DNA of 62,305 bases, filler included, from Stramenopiles sp. TOSAG23-2 (Eukaryota), in the NCBI GenBank assembly GCA_900128395.1. It is 4 parts of 4 records of this genome, joined end to end, with 100 filler letters (N's around TTAATTAATTAA, not from the genome) between each part and the next. Parts side by side here need not be neighbours in the genome. Positions count along the whole stretch, not along the records: positions 1 to 15,582 come from LT649704.1; positions 15,683 to 31,168 come from LT649705.1; 2 more parts are not named here. The stretch is one strand, 5' to 3'. The stretch's first letter is position 1. Every line of letters begins with the position of its first letter. The position numbers and the translations under genes are program-made. Positions 10,710 to 19,986 of the stretch are shown piece by piece. The notes below the pieces were generated by a model. The model was given only the letters and a program-made list of their open reading frames with translations. It had not been told where the DNA came from and ran no database searches.

Positions 10710-13700
10710 ATGGAGTTTACGGTTGCAAATCTACAATTCCATAAAGGAAAATGGAAACATGGTAAGCGAAAAGCAAGGTTGCCTCTGGAAGTATTTGTTG
10801 TCACTAAAAAAGACGACAATATTGATACAAAAAAATTGTTAATTGCAAATTTTGATTTTGATGCTAATACCAATTTCAACAAAATAAAGACATCTAGTAT
10901 GGAGAATAGTATACCTTTAACCAACATATGTAATAATACCAATAACAATAATTATAATAATATTATTGCAATCAATGAAAAAAAACTTATAGATGAAAAT
11001 TATAGTAAGATTAATAAAAAAGATGTTGTAGAAAAAGATCGAACACAACAGAAAAACAGCTTGGTTATAAGACACAAAGCCTTGAATACCTTTTCACCCG
11101 CGAAAGGTAATAATTGCAATGATTTATTAATAATTTCGCCAAGTGACACTACCAGTAGCTGCAGTAATGGAGATTCTATGGCCAGTCCTGAATTATCAAT
11201 ATACGATTTGCCGTCACCATCAATATCCCATCAACAACAAGAACAACAACAATCAAAGCTCATAACTGTAGGAAGAATGTCTTCACAAATGCCGTTGGGA
11301 AATGCTTCGGTTGTATCGAAGGGAGATGAGACAGAGAAAGAACATGGCAAGAACGTTGGTGTGATCAATGTAAATATGCTTCAAAAGCAAAATATTAATA
11401 TGAAATATAATAATGCTAATTCAAAATCTGACGAAGTATCACCTACTGCAATTTTAGTATCAAAAAATAATGTGAAAAATAATAATGTCGATAACAATAA
11501 CTACATCACAAACCAACAGACACCACAACTAATTACATCAGCGTTATTTCAGACCGGGTCTGGAAATGCTGTAAAAATATCAAAAGACAGTTTAAACGAA
11601 GCGTCGAGTTTTTTATCTTCAAATGGAAGTAGCGTTAATCTATCATCATCGAATAAGGCCAAACGAAAATCTGATAATTTATCTACCTTGGTTACGCCAA
11701 GGCCTTTGAAAATGGTAAAATCCTCGTCGTCTTCAAGTAGCAGTATGAATAGTAGTAGTACCATATCATGCGCCTCACTATTTCAAACTGGATCAGGTCG
11801 TCGTGTAAATATTTCAACGGAAAAGTTAAATGCTGCATCTAAATTGTTACAATCATCTGATGTTAAAAATGATAGTAATAATAGTAACAATGGTAAATCT
11901 GAATTTAAAACCCCTAGGCCAATTGCAAATAAAAGTAACATGCCAAGCGCATCATTATTTCAAACTGGATCAGGTCGTCGTGTAAATATTTCAACGGAAA
12001 AGTTAAATGCTGCATCTAAATTGTTACAATCATCTGATGTTAAAAATGATAGTAATAATAGTAACAATGGTAAATCTGAATTTAAAACCCCTAGGCCAAT
12101 TGCAAATAAAAGTAACATGCCAAGCGCATCATTATTTCAAACTGGATCAGGTCGTCGTGTAAATATTTCAACGGAAAAGTTAAATGCTGCATCTAAATTG
12201 TTACAATCGTCTGAGACGATATACAACCACGAGAAAGATAGTGCCACATTTATAACACCAAAGCTGGTCAAAAAGAAAAGTAAATCTCGACAAAAAGATG
12301 ATACAAGCATACAATTAAAGAAGATGTCGACTTTAAAGAATAAAAGCGGAGGAAAGCGAAAAGGATTTGTTACTCCAAGAATAATACAAAAACCTGGACA
12401 TGTTGAGAAGCATAAAAATGATGAAGGTCACATCAGTACAATGACAGTAAAACGACAATACAAAGCTGAAAGGACAGTTGACATGATTAAAATGAAGAGA
12501 TCGAACACAAAACAATTGAAAAATGTTGCTGAAGAGGAAAATGTGTTAACAGCCCAAAATGTACCGCTTGCTAATGTTTCTATCTATCAAGAAGCATTAG
12601 ATGTTACAAGTGAAAACGCCGTTGGTTTTTCTTTTCAATCGGAATTTGGTGATAAACTAACTTGGAAAGATTTTAGGATGCGATTGATACAGTCTGAAGG
12701 TATGAATGAAAAATATTTGAGTGATAAGTGGGTTGCAAATCACTATCGTCGGATTATCTGGAAACTAAGTGCAATGGAACGAAGATTTCCACGAGTATGC
12801 AGAGGCAAATTTTTAACCCCGAAAAGAGTTTTGGATCAGCTAATATATCGCTACAAACGGGAAGTTTCCGAAGGTGCACGTTCGGCATTGAGAATAATAC
12901 TAGAAGGTGATTCTCCACCAAATCGTCTTATGGTATTAATCGTTAGCAAAATTGATATGCCTAATGCATTGAGCAATCCAAACGAAAGGGGAAAAGTTGT
13001 TAATGATTTCGAAAAGAACACCAATGGGAAGTTTGGCTTGGAACTATCAGATGGTTGGTACTCCATCAAAGGTATGGTCGATAGTAAATTATGGCAGTTG
13101 ATACAAAATGGGACTATCAAATTAGGAACAAAACTAGCTGTTCAACAAGCATCGTTAATTAATTGGAATGCTGGTGTGAATCCATTAGATTGCCCTTGTA
13201 ATAATGTTCACGATTTCAGTAGTGGAAGCACAGATCCAAAGCTGTGCATTTCAAAAAACAGTTCACGCATTGCCGCATGGGATTCAAAGTTAGGCTTTCA
13301 ACCAATGACATTTTTCAATATGAACATGTCAACGTTCGATCCTGCAGGTGGTGTAGTAGGTTGTGTCGACGTATTTATTGAACGAGTTTATCCTATGGTA
13401 TATGTGGAGAGGTCATTGGACGGGTCAAGCATATTTCGTTCAGAGAGAAGCGAAGCTGAAGCACAAGAAAGTTTTGAAAGAACCATTGCAGCAGCTGATG
13501 CTCCCAATACCGATGATTCTAATTATGACCGTAGTTGTCATGATAATATGGGCAGTAATGGTGATATTCAACGACGCCGTAACGTCAACCCGATATTTCA
13601 AGCTGACATGATCGATGCTATCAATGGATTTCGTATCCGTGGCTCAATTACATTTTGGAAAGCGTCTGAAGATTTTAGAAGTCAAATAATGACAAACCGC

Positions 13701-14666
13701 CATTGGAGATTTTTTGGATTAACGCCAAGCAATCATAATAAGAGTACAAGTAAGAATATTTGCTTTTCATACAATTATGGACAACGAAGCCAATGTTGCG
13801 TGCTGCCAGATATTGATGGAAAAACCATGATTGGACGTGGATATAAGTTTCGACATAGAAGTTTAATCGGTGAAGTCAAATACTATCTATTGGATGATTC
13901 TAACAAAAAACGTTTCGTTATTGATGCAGTTGCAACTATGGTAGGTGAGTGTCTCCATAATGATCAAAGATTTTTGTTTTTTGTTGATGAAAGCGGATCT
14001 ATTTTAAGCATTTTGTTGAACAAAAATTTTCACAAAGATATTTCAAAGTATCGCGAAGGTTCAATTTGTGTGTTGCTAAATCTTTGTATTATTGCTCATG
14101 ATAAACAAAACGATGTCATGCAGAGCGAATGGAAGGAAAATTCAACTACTCTGTTAAGCTCATGTGACACAGATTACCGTTCAAAGTTAAATATGTATTG
14201 TAATCACTTACGTAAATGGAATTCATCGTTAGAAGGGAAAGTGATGTTAGAATATGTATCGCATACTGTTTTACCAAAATTAATTAGTAATAATATCAGT
14301 ACTTATGAAATCAACCCCAAAATAGCCCCATTATCTAAAATAGGATACATTGTTGGATACAAATATTCTTCAATCAAAGACAACGATAGTTGTGATGACG
14401 GTAATAAAATAGTAATTATAGATTTTCAAGATGGACATGGTTTTCAAATGAACTTAACGACAAAGAAGTCTTCAATACCATTCCACAAATATTTACCGCA
14501 TTTGGATAAATTAGGTGAATGGTACAATCTTCCGATCCAGTTTCACCAAATAACACTACGACCTTTCCTCCATATTAGCGATAAAGAGAAAACAGGATTA
14601 GGGAAACTGTTTTCTTTTGAAATCATATCTAATCAATCAAGATTGTTGGAATTTGGAAGAATATAA
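10710..14666 (+). CDS. BRCA2: BRCA2 homologue with four BRC repeats and a helical/OB DNA-binding domain (1318 aa)
   Basis: Four LFQTGSG..V.IS...L..AS..L repeats. DBD motifs WVANHYRRIIWKL, VLDQLIYRYKREV, RSALRIILEGD, LELSDGWYSI, NSSRIAAWDSKLGF, GGVVGCVDVFIERVYP. Confidence 0.95.
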   Translation: MEFTVANLQFHKGKWKHGKRKARLPLEVFVVTKKDDNIDTKKLLIANFDFDANTNFNKIKTSSMENSIPLTNICNNTNNNNYNNIIAINEKKLIDENYSKINKKDVVEKDRTQQKNSLVIRHKALNTFSPAKGNNCNDLLIISPSDTTSSCSNGDSMASPELSIYDLPSPSISHQQQEQQQSKLITVGRMSSQMPLGNASVVSKGDETEKEHGKNVGVINVNMLQKQNINMKYNNANSKSDEVSPTAILVSKNNVKNNNVDNNNYITNQQTPQLITSALFQTGSGNAVKISKDSLNEASSFLSSNGSSVNLSSSNKAKRKSDNLSTLVTPRPLKMVKSSSSSSSSMNSSSTISCASLFQTGSGRRVNISTEKLNAASKLLQSSDVKNDSNNSNNGKSEFKTPRPIANKSNMPSASLFQTGSGRRVNISTEKLNAASKLLQSSDVKNDSNNSNNGKSEFKTPRPIANKSNMPSASLFQTGSGRRVNISTEKLNAASKLLQSSETIYNHEKDSATFITPKLVKKKSKSRQKDDTSIQLKKMSTLKNKSGGKRKGFVTPRIIQKPGHVEKHKNDEGHISTMTVKRQYKAERTVDMIKMKRSNTKQLKNVAEEENVLTAQNVPLANVSIYQEALDVTSENAVGFSFQSEFGDKLTWKDFRMRLIQSEGMNEKYLSDKWVANHYRRIIWKLSAMERRFPRVCRGKFLTPKRVLDQLIYRYKREVSEGARSALRIILEGDSPPNRLMVLIVSKIDMPNALSNPNERGKVVNDFEKNTNGKFGLELSDGWYSIKGMVDSKLWQLIQNGTIKLGTKLAVQQASLINWNAGVNPLDCPCNNVHDFSSGSTDPKLCISKNSSRIAAWDSKLGFQPMTFFNMNMSTFDPAGGVVGCVDVFIERVYPMVYVERSLDGSSIFRSERSEAEAQESFERTIAAADAPNTDDSNYDRSCHDNMGSNGDIQRRRNVNPIFQADMIDAINGFRIRGSITFWKASEDFRSQIMTNRHWRFFGLTPSNHNKSTSKNICFSYNYGQRSQCCVLPDIDGKTMIGRGYKFRHRSLIGEVKYYLLDDSNKKRFVIDAVATMVGECLHNDQRFLFFVDESGSILSILLNKNFHKDISKYREGSICVLLNLCIIAHDKQNDVMQSEWKENSTTLLSSCDTDYRSKLNMYCNHLRKWNSSLEGKVMLEYVSHTVLPKLISNNISTYEINPKIAPLSKIGYIVGYKYSSIKDNDSCDDGNKIVIIDFQDGHGFQMNLTTKKSSIPFHKYLPHLDKLGEWYNLPIQFHQITLRPFLHISDKEKTGLGKLFSFEIISNQSRLLEFGRI
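11770..12214 (+). repeat. 177-bp tandem repeat (~2.5 units) encoding BRC repeats 2-4
   Basis: TTTCAAACTGGATCAGG recurs at 11781, 11958 and 12135 (period 177 nt = 59 aa) with essentially identical DNA. Confidence 0.95.
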
Positions 14667-14753
14667 AAATTTGGGGATTAGGGAATATATATCATATAAT
14701 ACGTCGTAATTAGGGAATACGTCGTATATATTACGAGTATATATATATCATAT

Positions 14754-14942
14754 TATACTCGTATATTTTAAGTTTACGCATTAAGTTATTTTTTAATTTA
14801 CTCATGTAATAATTCCTACTCTTCAAAAGAATACAATAATTGAAATAATCTATCTCACACTAGTGTGTTGATATATCATACCCATAATAGAGAATACCAA
14901 TGAAGGTAAATAGATGGTAATCAACTACTCGTAGCAGTTGAT
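14754..14942 (+). repeat. Dispersed intergenic repeat, module A (longest copy)
   Basis: TTTTTAATTTACTCATG..ATAATTCCTACTCTTCAAAAGAATA...CTCACACTAGTGTGTTGATAT...CCAATGAAGGTAAATAGATGGTA.TCAACTACTC. Matches 28139-28317 (reverse) and partial copies at 37345, 48125 and 60715. Confidence 0.9.
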
Positions 14943-15017
14943 GAAAAACGAACATCATACGTATAAGTATATTATATTCGTACATATACGAATATAATAT
15001 ACACAATTTGCAGAGGT

Positions 15018-15150
15018 GCATTAGAGCTTTACTATATAGTGTCTCGGATAGAAATATTATTCTTGCGATTGAGTATTGAGCATACGAGTATTACTTAGCA
15101 CGGGAAGTGTAAAATTATAATATAACTTAGATTTTAACCATCATATTATA
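15018..15150 (+). repeat. Dispersed intergenic repeat, module B
   Basis: ATATTATTCTTGCGATTGAGTATTG matches the reverse complement of 46853-46877. TTAGATTTTAACCATC matches the reverse complement of ~54261-54276. Confidence 0.75.
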
Positions 15151-15176
15151 TACGATTTATGTATTTGAAATTCATC

Positions 15177-15581
15177 TCATTTTACTAATTCTGCACCAAG
15201 CGTTAGATCTACTTTTGGCACACTACTAGTCCATTTTACATATTTCACACTACTTTCATCTGTCGGAGGGTGTGGTTGTGACATTGTCGTTAAGCCATCT
15301 GCTGACGTTGACACTTTCAGTTCACGACCAGCACGTGCTAATAACTTTTCATTCTTTTCTTTACATCGATTAATTATATTTTTTCCGCTGGTTTTCCTAC
15401 TTTCTAACATGACATTTAACTTATTCAATGCAGATGACATTTGTTTTGTTTCCTCTGATAACTCAATGTTGGGCAATAAAGCGATTATATTTTCTTCACG
15501 TTTTTTTTTCATTTTTTCTGCTTGTTGCTTTTTTAAGGTTGCTAATCGTTTTGCCTCTTCTTCCTTGTCTTTCCTATTCAA
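15177..15581 (-). CDS. 3' fragment of a hypothetical coiled-coil protein, truncated by the contig end
   Basis: Open frame from the contig edge to a TGA at 15177, with a charged helical sequence. The ORF-track start is an edge artefact. Confidence 0.7.
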   Translation of the reverse strand: MNRKDKEEEAKRLATLKKQQAEKMKKKREENIIALLPNIELSEETKQMSSALNKLNVMLESRKTSGKNIINRCKEKNEKLLARAGRELKVSTSADGLTTMSQPHPPTDESSVKYVKWTSSVPKVDLTLGAELVK

Positions 15582-15582
15582 C

Positions 15583-15682
15583 NNNNNNNNNNNNNNNNNN
15601 NNNNNNNNNNNNNNNNNNNNNNNNNNTTAATTAATTAANNNNNNNNNNNNNNNNNNNNNNNNNNNNNNNNNNNNNNNNNNNN
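15583..15682. other. Artificial contig-joining spacer
   Basis: 44 N + TTAATTAATTAA (stops in all six frames) + 44 N; identical at three positions in the window. Confidence 0.99.
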
Positions 15683-16236
15683 CATTTACGGGCACATTTG
15701 GATTTCAGGCCTGTGTCCTTGCTAGAAATGTGAATTGGCTTAATGCTATGTCCATGGTAAAATGTGCCGGTATTTTTTTTTACGGGCACATTCGTCCAAG
15801 GACACAGCATCGGGGAAAAACCCCTTTTAGCTTAAACGAGCCGTCCAGTAGACTAAAAAGTATCAGAATATCCTCATGGTGCTCTGGTACTCTGTGCTGA
15901 GCGTCTGAGCTGAGCGTCTTGGTGGGGTCTGGGCACTGATATAATGATATAGTACATATAATAGGTATACTAGTATTGAGCTACTATGCTACTGTCATAA
16001 TCTTCCAGTACTATTATCTATTATTACCTGGCCAGCTGGTAGCTGCTGAGCTACCAGGTAATACATACAGACTTTTTTTGCAGACGACTACTGGCAGACT
16101 GGCAGACGTTTCTCTTTGTTTTTTTTGTTTTTTTTATATATTTATATATTGTAGTTGGTTTACTAGATGAGATTTTTGCATTCTAAGTTTTAAGAGTACA
16201 AGAACAATTCATAAAAAAAAAATTGTATAGTCAGCT

Positions 16237-17673
16237 ATGAAACGGCAAAGATGTGATCCGTCATTTGTTCCTAGTGGACATTTAGATCGCCACCCTGAAC
16301 TAGGAATTACGACTAAAAACGAATATTATATGCAATTGCAAAAAAGAAGAGATTTTAAGTATTATGGCGGAAGAACAATTAACAAAAACATGATATCTGC
16401 TGATTATCCATTTGAAACAAGCGGCTCTAGATATCAATCTTCCAATCAGCTATTAATCCCTTCATCCAAACTATACAACAATGCAACAGAAAATCAACAG
16501 AACATTTCCACTAGTAATTTCTTTAAAAATTTTGGTGATGGTAATAATCGTAACTACAGCAATAATAACATTCAAAACAATAATAATAGTAGTATAGGAA
16601 TACAACGTAACGGGGATAAAGTAAATAATATAAAACATGAGGAAAACCATACATTAGAATATCATCGGTTAAAACAACAAGGCGTCTATCAAAAGATAAA
16701 GAACATAGCTCAGCAACGTTCCAATGTTGAAAATAATACCTTGCCTGTCGGGCCATATGTAAAAAGTGAAGTTAATGGATGGTGTGTACCTTACCAGGCA
16801 AGAAGAATGAAATCTTCTTCCGAAGCAAATTTAAGAGGTATCTCAAAACATGCACCGGAATGGTTTCATGCAAATAATAATACACGTGTAAACAACGAGG
16901 CACCAAAAGGGCATGCACTGAGACAAAATGGTAGAAAGGAGCAAGTAATGTCAAATCTGGTACCAGAATTTTTTGTAGGTGAACGTGTAACAATGAAAGA
17001 AGAAGAATACCGTCAAAAAAATGAAGGACGTGGCAAAATGATGAAAGGAAAAAAAAGATCACCTTATATGGAAAGAAAAATACTTCAGCCACAAATAAGT
17101 CTACCAAAAAATCAAGGAAAACAACACTCGCCAGAGGCATCTCATAAAATCTTACAAAGCAATGTCACATTTTCAGAATATGATAAATTAGAAAATGAAA
17201 GTGATGCATTGGAAAATTTATTACTTGGCAATCATAGTAAAAAATTAGCATGTAAATTAGAAACAGCGAAGATAATTGAAAAAGGAAGGAAGAAAAGCAA
17301 CAATGACGAAGACAATAATAATAGAACAAACAATGAAAACAATATGGATATCTTAGAAAATAATCAAAAAAATAATGACAAGAATAATAGTATTGCTAAT
17401 GATGGAAATGCAGCATATGTTTACTTACGTGATGGCCAAATCAGTTACAATAAGCCAGAATGGATGAAAAGTCAATGGAGTGAGGAAAGACCAACTATTC
17501 GAAGGAAAATTCCAGCTTCTGAATATAGGTTAAAGCGAAATAATACCATTGCCAATAATATGATTACTAATAATGTTTCCTCGCCTATGAAATTACAACA
17601 GAGTGAAGAACGAAAAAAACAATTATCTTTCGCTGGTTTATGGACTTTAGGATATCCCGGCATTAATAAATAG
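16237..17673 (+). CDS. Hypothetical hydrophilic Asn-rich protein (478 aa)
   Basis: Long ATG-initiated ORF with no recognised domain; recurring PE[WF] motif. Confidence 0.75.
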   Translation: MKRQRCDPSFVPSGHLDRHPELGITTKNEYYMQLQKRRDFKYYGGRTINKNMISADYPFETSGSRYQSSNQLLIPSSKLYNNATENQQNISTSNFFKNFGDGNNRNYSNNNIQNNNNSSIGIQRNGDKVNNIKHEENHTLEYHRLKQQGVYQKIKNIAQQRSNVENNTLPVGPYVKSEVNGWCVPYQARRMKSSSEANLRGISKHAPEWFHANNNTRVNNEAPKGHALRQNGRKEQVMSNLVPEFFVGERVTMKEEEYRQKNEGRGKMMKGKKRSPYMERKILQPQISLPKNQGKQHSPEASHKILQSNVTFSEYDKLENESDALENLLLGNHSKKLACKLETAKIIEKGRKKSNNDEDNNNRTNNENNMDILENNQKNNDKNNSIANDGNAAYVYLRDGQISYNKPEWMKSQWSEERPTIRRKIPASEYRLKRNNTIANNMITNNVSSPMKLQQSEERKKQLSFAGLWTLGYPGINK

Positions 17674-17987
17674 AGCAGAGAATTAGCTATTAATAGTGTT
17701 GCTAGTGTGGCAGCGCGAGATTTATATTAAAAAATTATACCGTATATAATATATAATAAATTATATGTGTATGATATTTAAGAAGAGAAAATTTTTATAT
17801 AAAAATACTGATGATGTATTAAAAAATATCATTAAATAAAAAAAAAATAAAAATTTAAAATATTTAATATTACATGTGTTTTTTATGATATTCTATATAT
17901 ATACAGTTTGTTTTACACAAAAATCTTTATCTTTGGAGACACACGTATGCACTTTTACGTACGAGTATGTTACGAATCGTATTATTA

Positions 17988-18383
17988 TTAATAGGAGCAT
18001 TTCCTGTTTGAAGATAATATATTTACAAGTTCAGCATGGTTATTTATCTTCGCATAGTCACTAGGTAGATAACCGTCTTTATCTTTATAGCCCACCATAT
18101 CTGGTTCATGTTCCAATAATAGTTTAACAATTTCAGTATTACCATTATAAGCAGCCATATGTATGCATGTGCGTCCTTTTAATGATGGATGGTTTGATTC
18201 CCATTTTAAATTTGGACGAGCCCTCCGTAATAATGTTTTTGCTTCAGCAATATTATTGAACCAGCAAGCATTAAATAACCACTCTGAAGATGTGATTCCA
18301 TTTGGGTTTTTTTTTACCTGTGATTTCAAAAATGTATTTATCTCTGATGATGAATCGGCTAATGCACTTGCACCCGCACCCAT
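17988..18383 (-). CDS. Small ankyrin-repeat protein with predicted N-myristoylation signal (131 aa)
   Basis: MGAGAS N-terminus; GRTCIHMAAYNGNTEIVKLLL and DKDGYLPSDYA ankyrin motifs. Confidence 0.85.
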   Translation of the reverse strand: MGAGASALADSSSEINTFLKSQVKKNPNGITSSEWLFNACWFNNIAEAKTLLRRARPNLKWESNHPSLKGRTCIHMAAYNGNTEIVKLLLEHEPDMVGYKDKDGYLPSDYAKINNHAELVNILSSNRKCSY

Positions 18384-18863
18384 GATTAAAAGAAATTTTT
18401 TTAAGTTGTATTTGATGTAATAATATTATTATGTATGATAATATGTTTGTATAATTCTATCTATTTATTATTACATATTATATTTTTTTTTTATTTTCTA
18501 TGCACCTATTGCTATTGTAAGTCCCATATTAATTATATAATATATGCGTTTATAATTTGTACAAGTAATGGTATGCCCTTGCTAAATTGGTAAACATTAT
18601 TTTGTTTGATGACGCTAGCAACTATAACACAACTATATACTAGCTTCAATCTAGTATATAGGTATATTTTTATATATTAACAAGTATGATAGTCGATAAC
18701 CGGATTTATTATTATTTTCTAGAGATCCTCTCTATTATTTTCTGAGGATTTTACGTTACACACAAACTACATACATGCACATGCGTTTATGTCTTCTCTC
18801 TCTTATATTTTTTTTTAATCTATATAATTTACATAAGTACTGGAAAAATATCGTTACATTTAT

Positions 18864-19529
18864 CTATGTGATATCTTCATCATTTTGATATACATATCGT
18901 AATAATAATTGAAGAATTTCTTCTTGTTTTTTATCATCAGCTAAATCAATTGCAGTTTTTCTAAAGTATCCAATATTTGTTTCAATGTAAATGTTTGCTC
19001 CATACATAAGTAAAATTTTTACAATATCTATATTGCCAGTAACTACTGCTATCATCAACGGGGTATATCCATTACTATCTATCATATCCAATTTCGCTCC
19101 CTCGTCCAATAATAATAACAATAAGTGAAGAAATGTCCTATTAACACTACAATGTTTACAAGTCACATGCAAAGCAGTCTGTCCGTGGTTATCTACTTCA
19201 TTTATATTAGAACCATTAGCTAATGCAACTTTTGCTGCATTTATTTTCCCTTTCTCACACGCCCAATGTAATGCAGTCCTATTCATACGATGATCCACAA
19301 CATTTATTAAATTATGTTTAGTTATGCATCTAGATATTTTCCTGTTTTCACGCAATAAACGCTTTCTTTCAAATACAAGTGACATAGACGGCAGTCCAAC
19401 TATACGCTTATTATATTGGTAATCGTGTTCATTATTAGCTGTATTTAATAATTCCAACATTTTTTTTGTCTTACCATTATGAGCTGCCCTTAAAAACTTC
19501 CGTTTCAAAGTTGTAGATACATGGGCCAT
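18864..19529 (-). CDS. Ankyrin-repeat protein (221 aa)
   Basis: Ankyrin motifs RTALHWACEKG, GQTALHVTC, GYTPLMIAVVTGNIDIVKILL and TAIDLA. Confidence 0.88.
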   Translation of the reverse strand: MAHVSTTLKRKFLRAAHNGKTKKMLELLNTANNEHDYQYNKRIVGLPSMSLVFERKRLLRENRKISRCITKHNLINVVDHRMNRTALHWACEKGKINAAKVALANGSNINEVDNHGQTALHVTCKHCSVNRTFLHLLLLLLDEGAKLDMIDSNGYTPLMIAVVTGNIDIVKILLMYGANIYIETNIGYFRKTAIDLADDKKQEEILQLLLRYVYQNDEDIT

Positions 19530-19986
19530 TATTTACAAGTTTCCTACATACATATAAACGAATTTGTGTGTATATATGTGTGTGTATGTATGATATGTTC
19601 ATGTTATTGAAAAAAAATTAATTAAAAAAGTTCCGTTTCTTTTTGTTACAGGTACCACAGGTATAAACTATAATATTGACTATTCTTGAATGAGTGTCTA
19701 ATATCGATATTAATAATAGTCGACACAGCTGGTCATCATCAGTTGGTCAGCAGGGAGGAGAAAAAAAAAAAGGCTGTCGTCAGGCGGCTGTCGGGACACA
19801 ATTGCCACATGGAGGATTATTAACTGTCATCAAATAGTACTGTAATAGTACTAGCTATATATATATTCAAAAAATAGAATTAAAAATATGTATATAAAAT
19901 ACAAGAAAAGATAGAAAGACATTGTTGTATAACGATTCTATCATTTTAAACTATTACTTCAAACGAATCAAAATATTGTAAAAACG

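Noticed and set aside
11770-12214. Regularly spaced direct repeats as a possible CRISPR array
   Set aside because: Units are contiguous and in frame, have no unique spacers, and encode BRC repeats.
14670-14730. TTAGGG occurrences suggesting telomeric repeats
   Set aside because: Only isolated copies within a short local duplication (ATTAGGGAATA); no tandem array.
14790-14860. Dispersed repeat as SECIS element or C/D snoRNA
   Set aside because: Flanking genes have no in-frame TGA, copies occur in both orientations and are truncated, and the box motifs are not convincing.
15583-15682. TTAATTAATTAA palindrome within N runs, repeated three times at ~15.5-kb spacing
   Set aside because: Artificial six-frame-stop linker between length-sorted contigs. 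ORFs running into it (15409, 15428, 31038) and any cross-contig gene clusters are artefacts.
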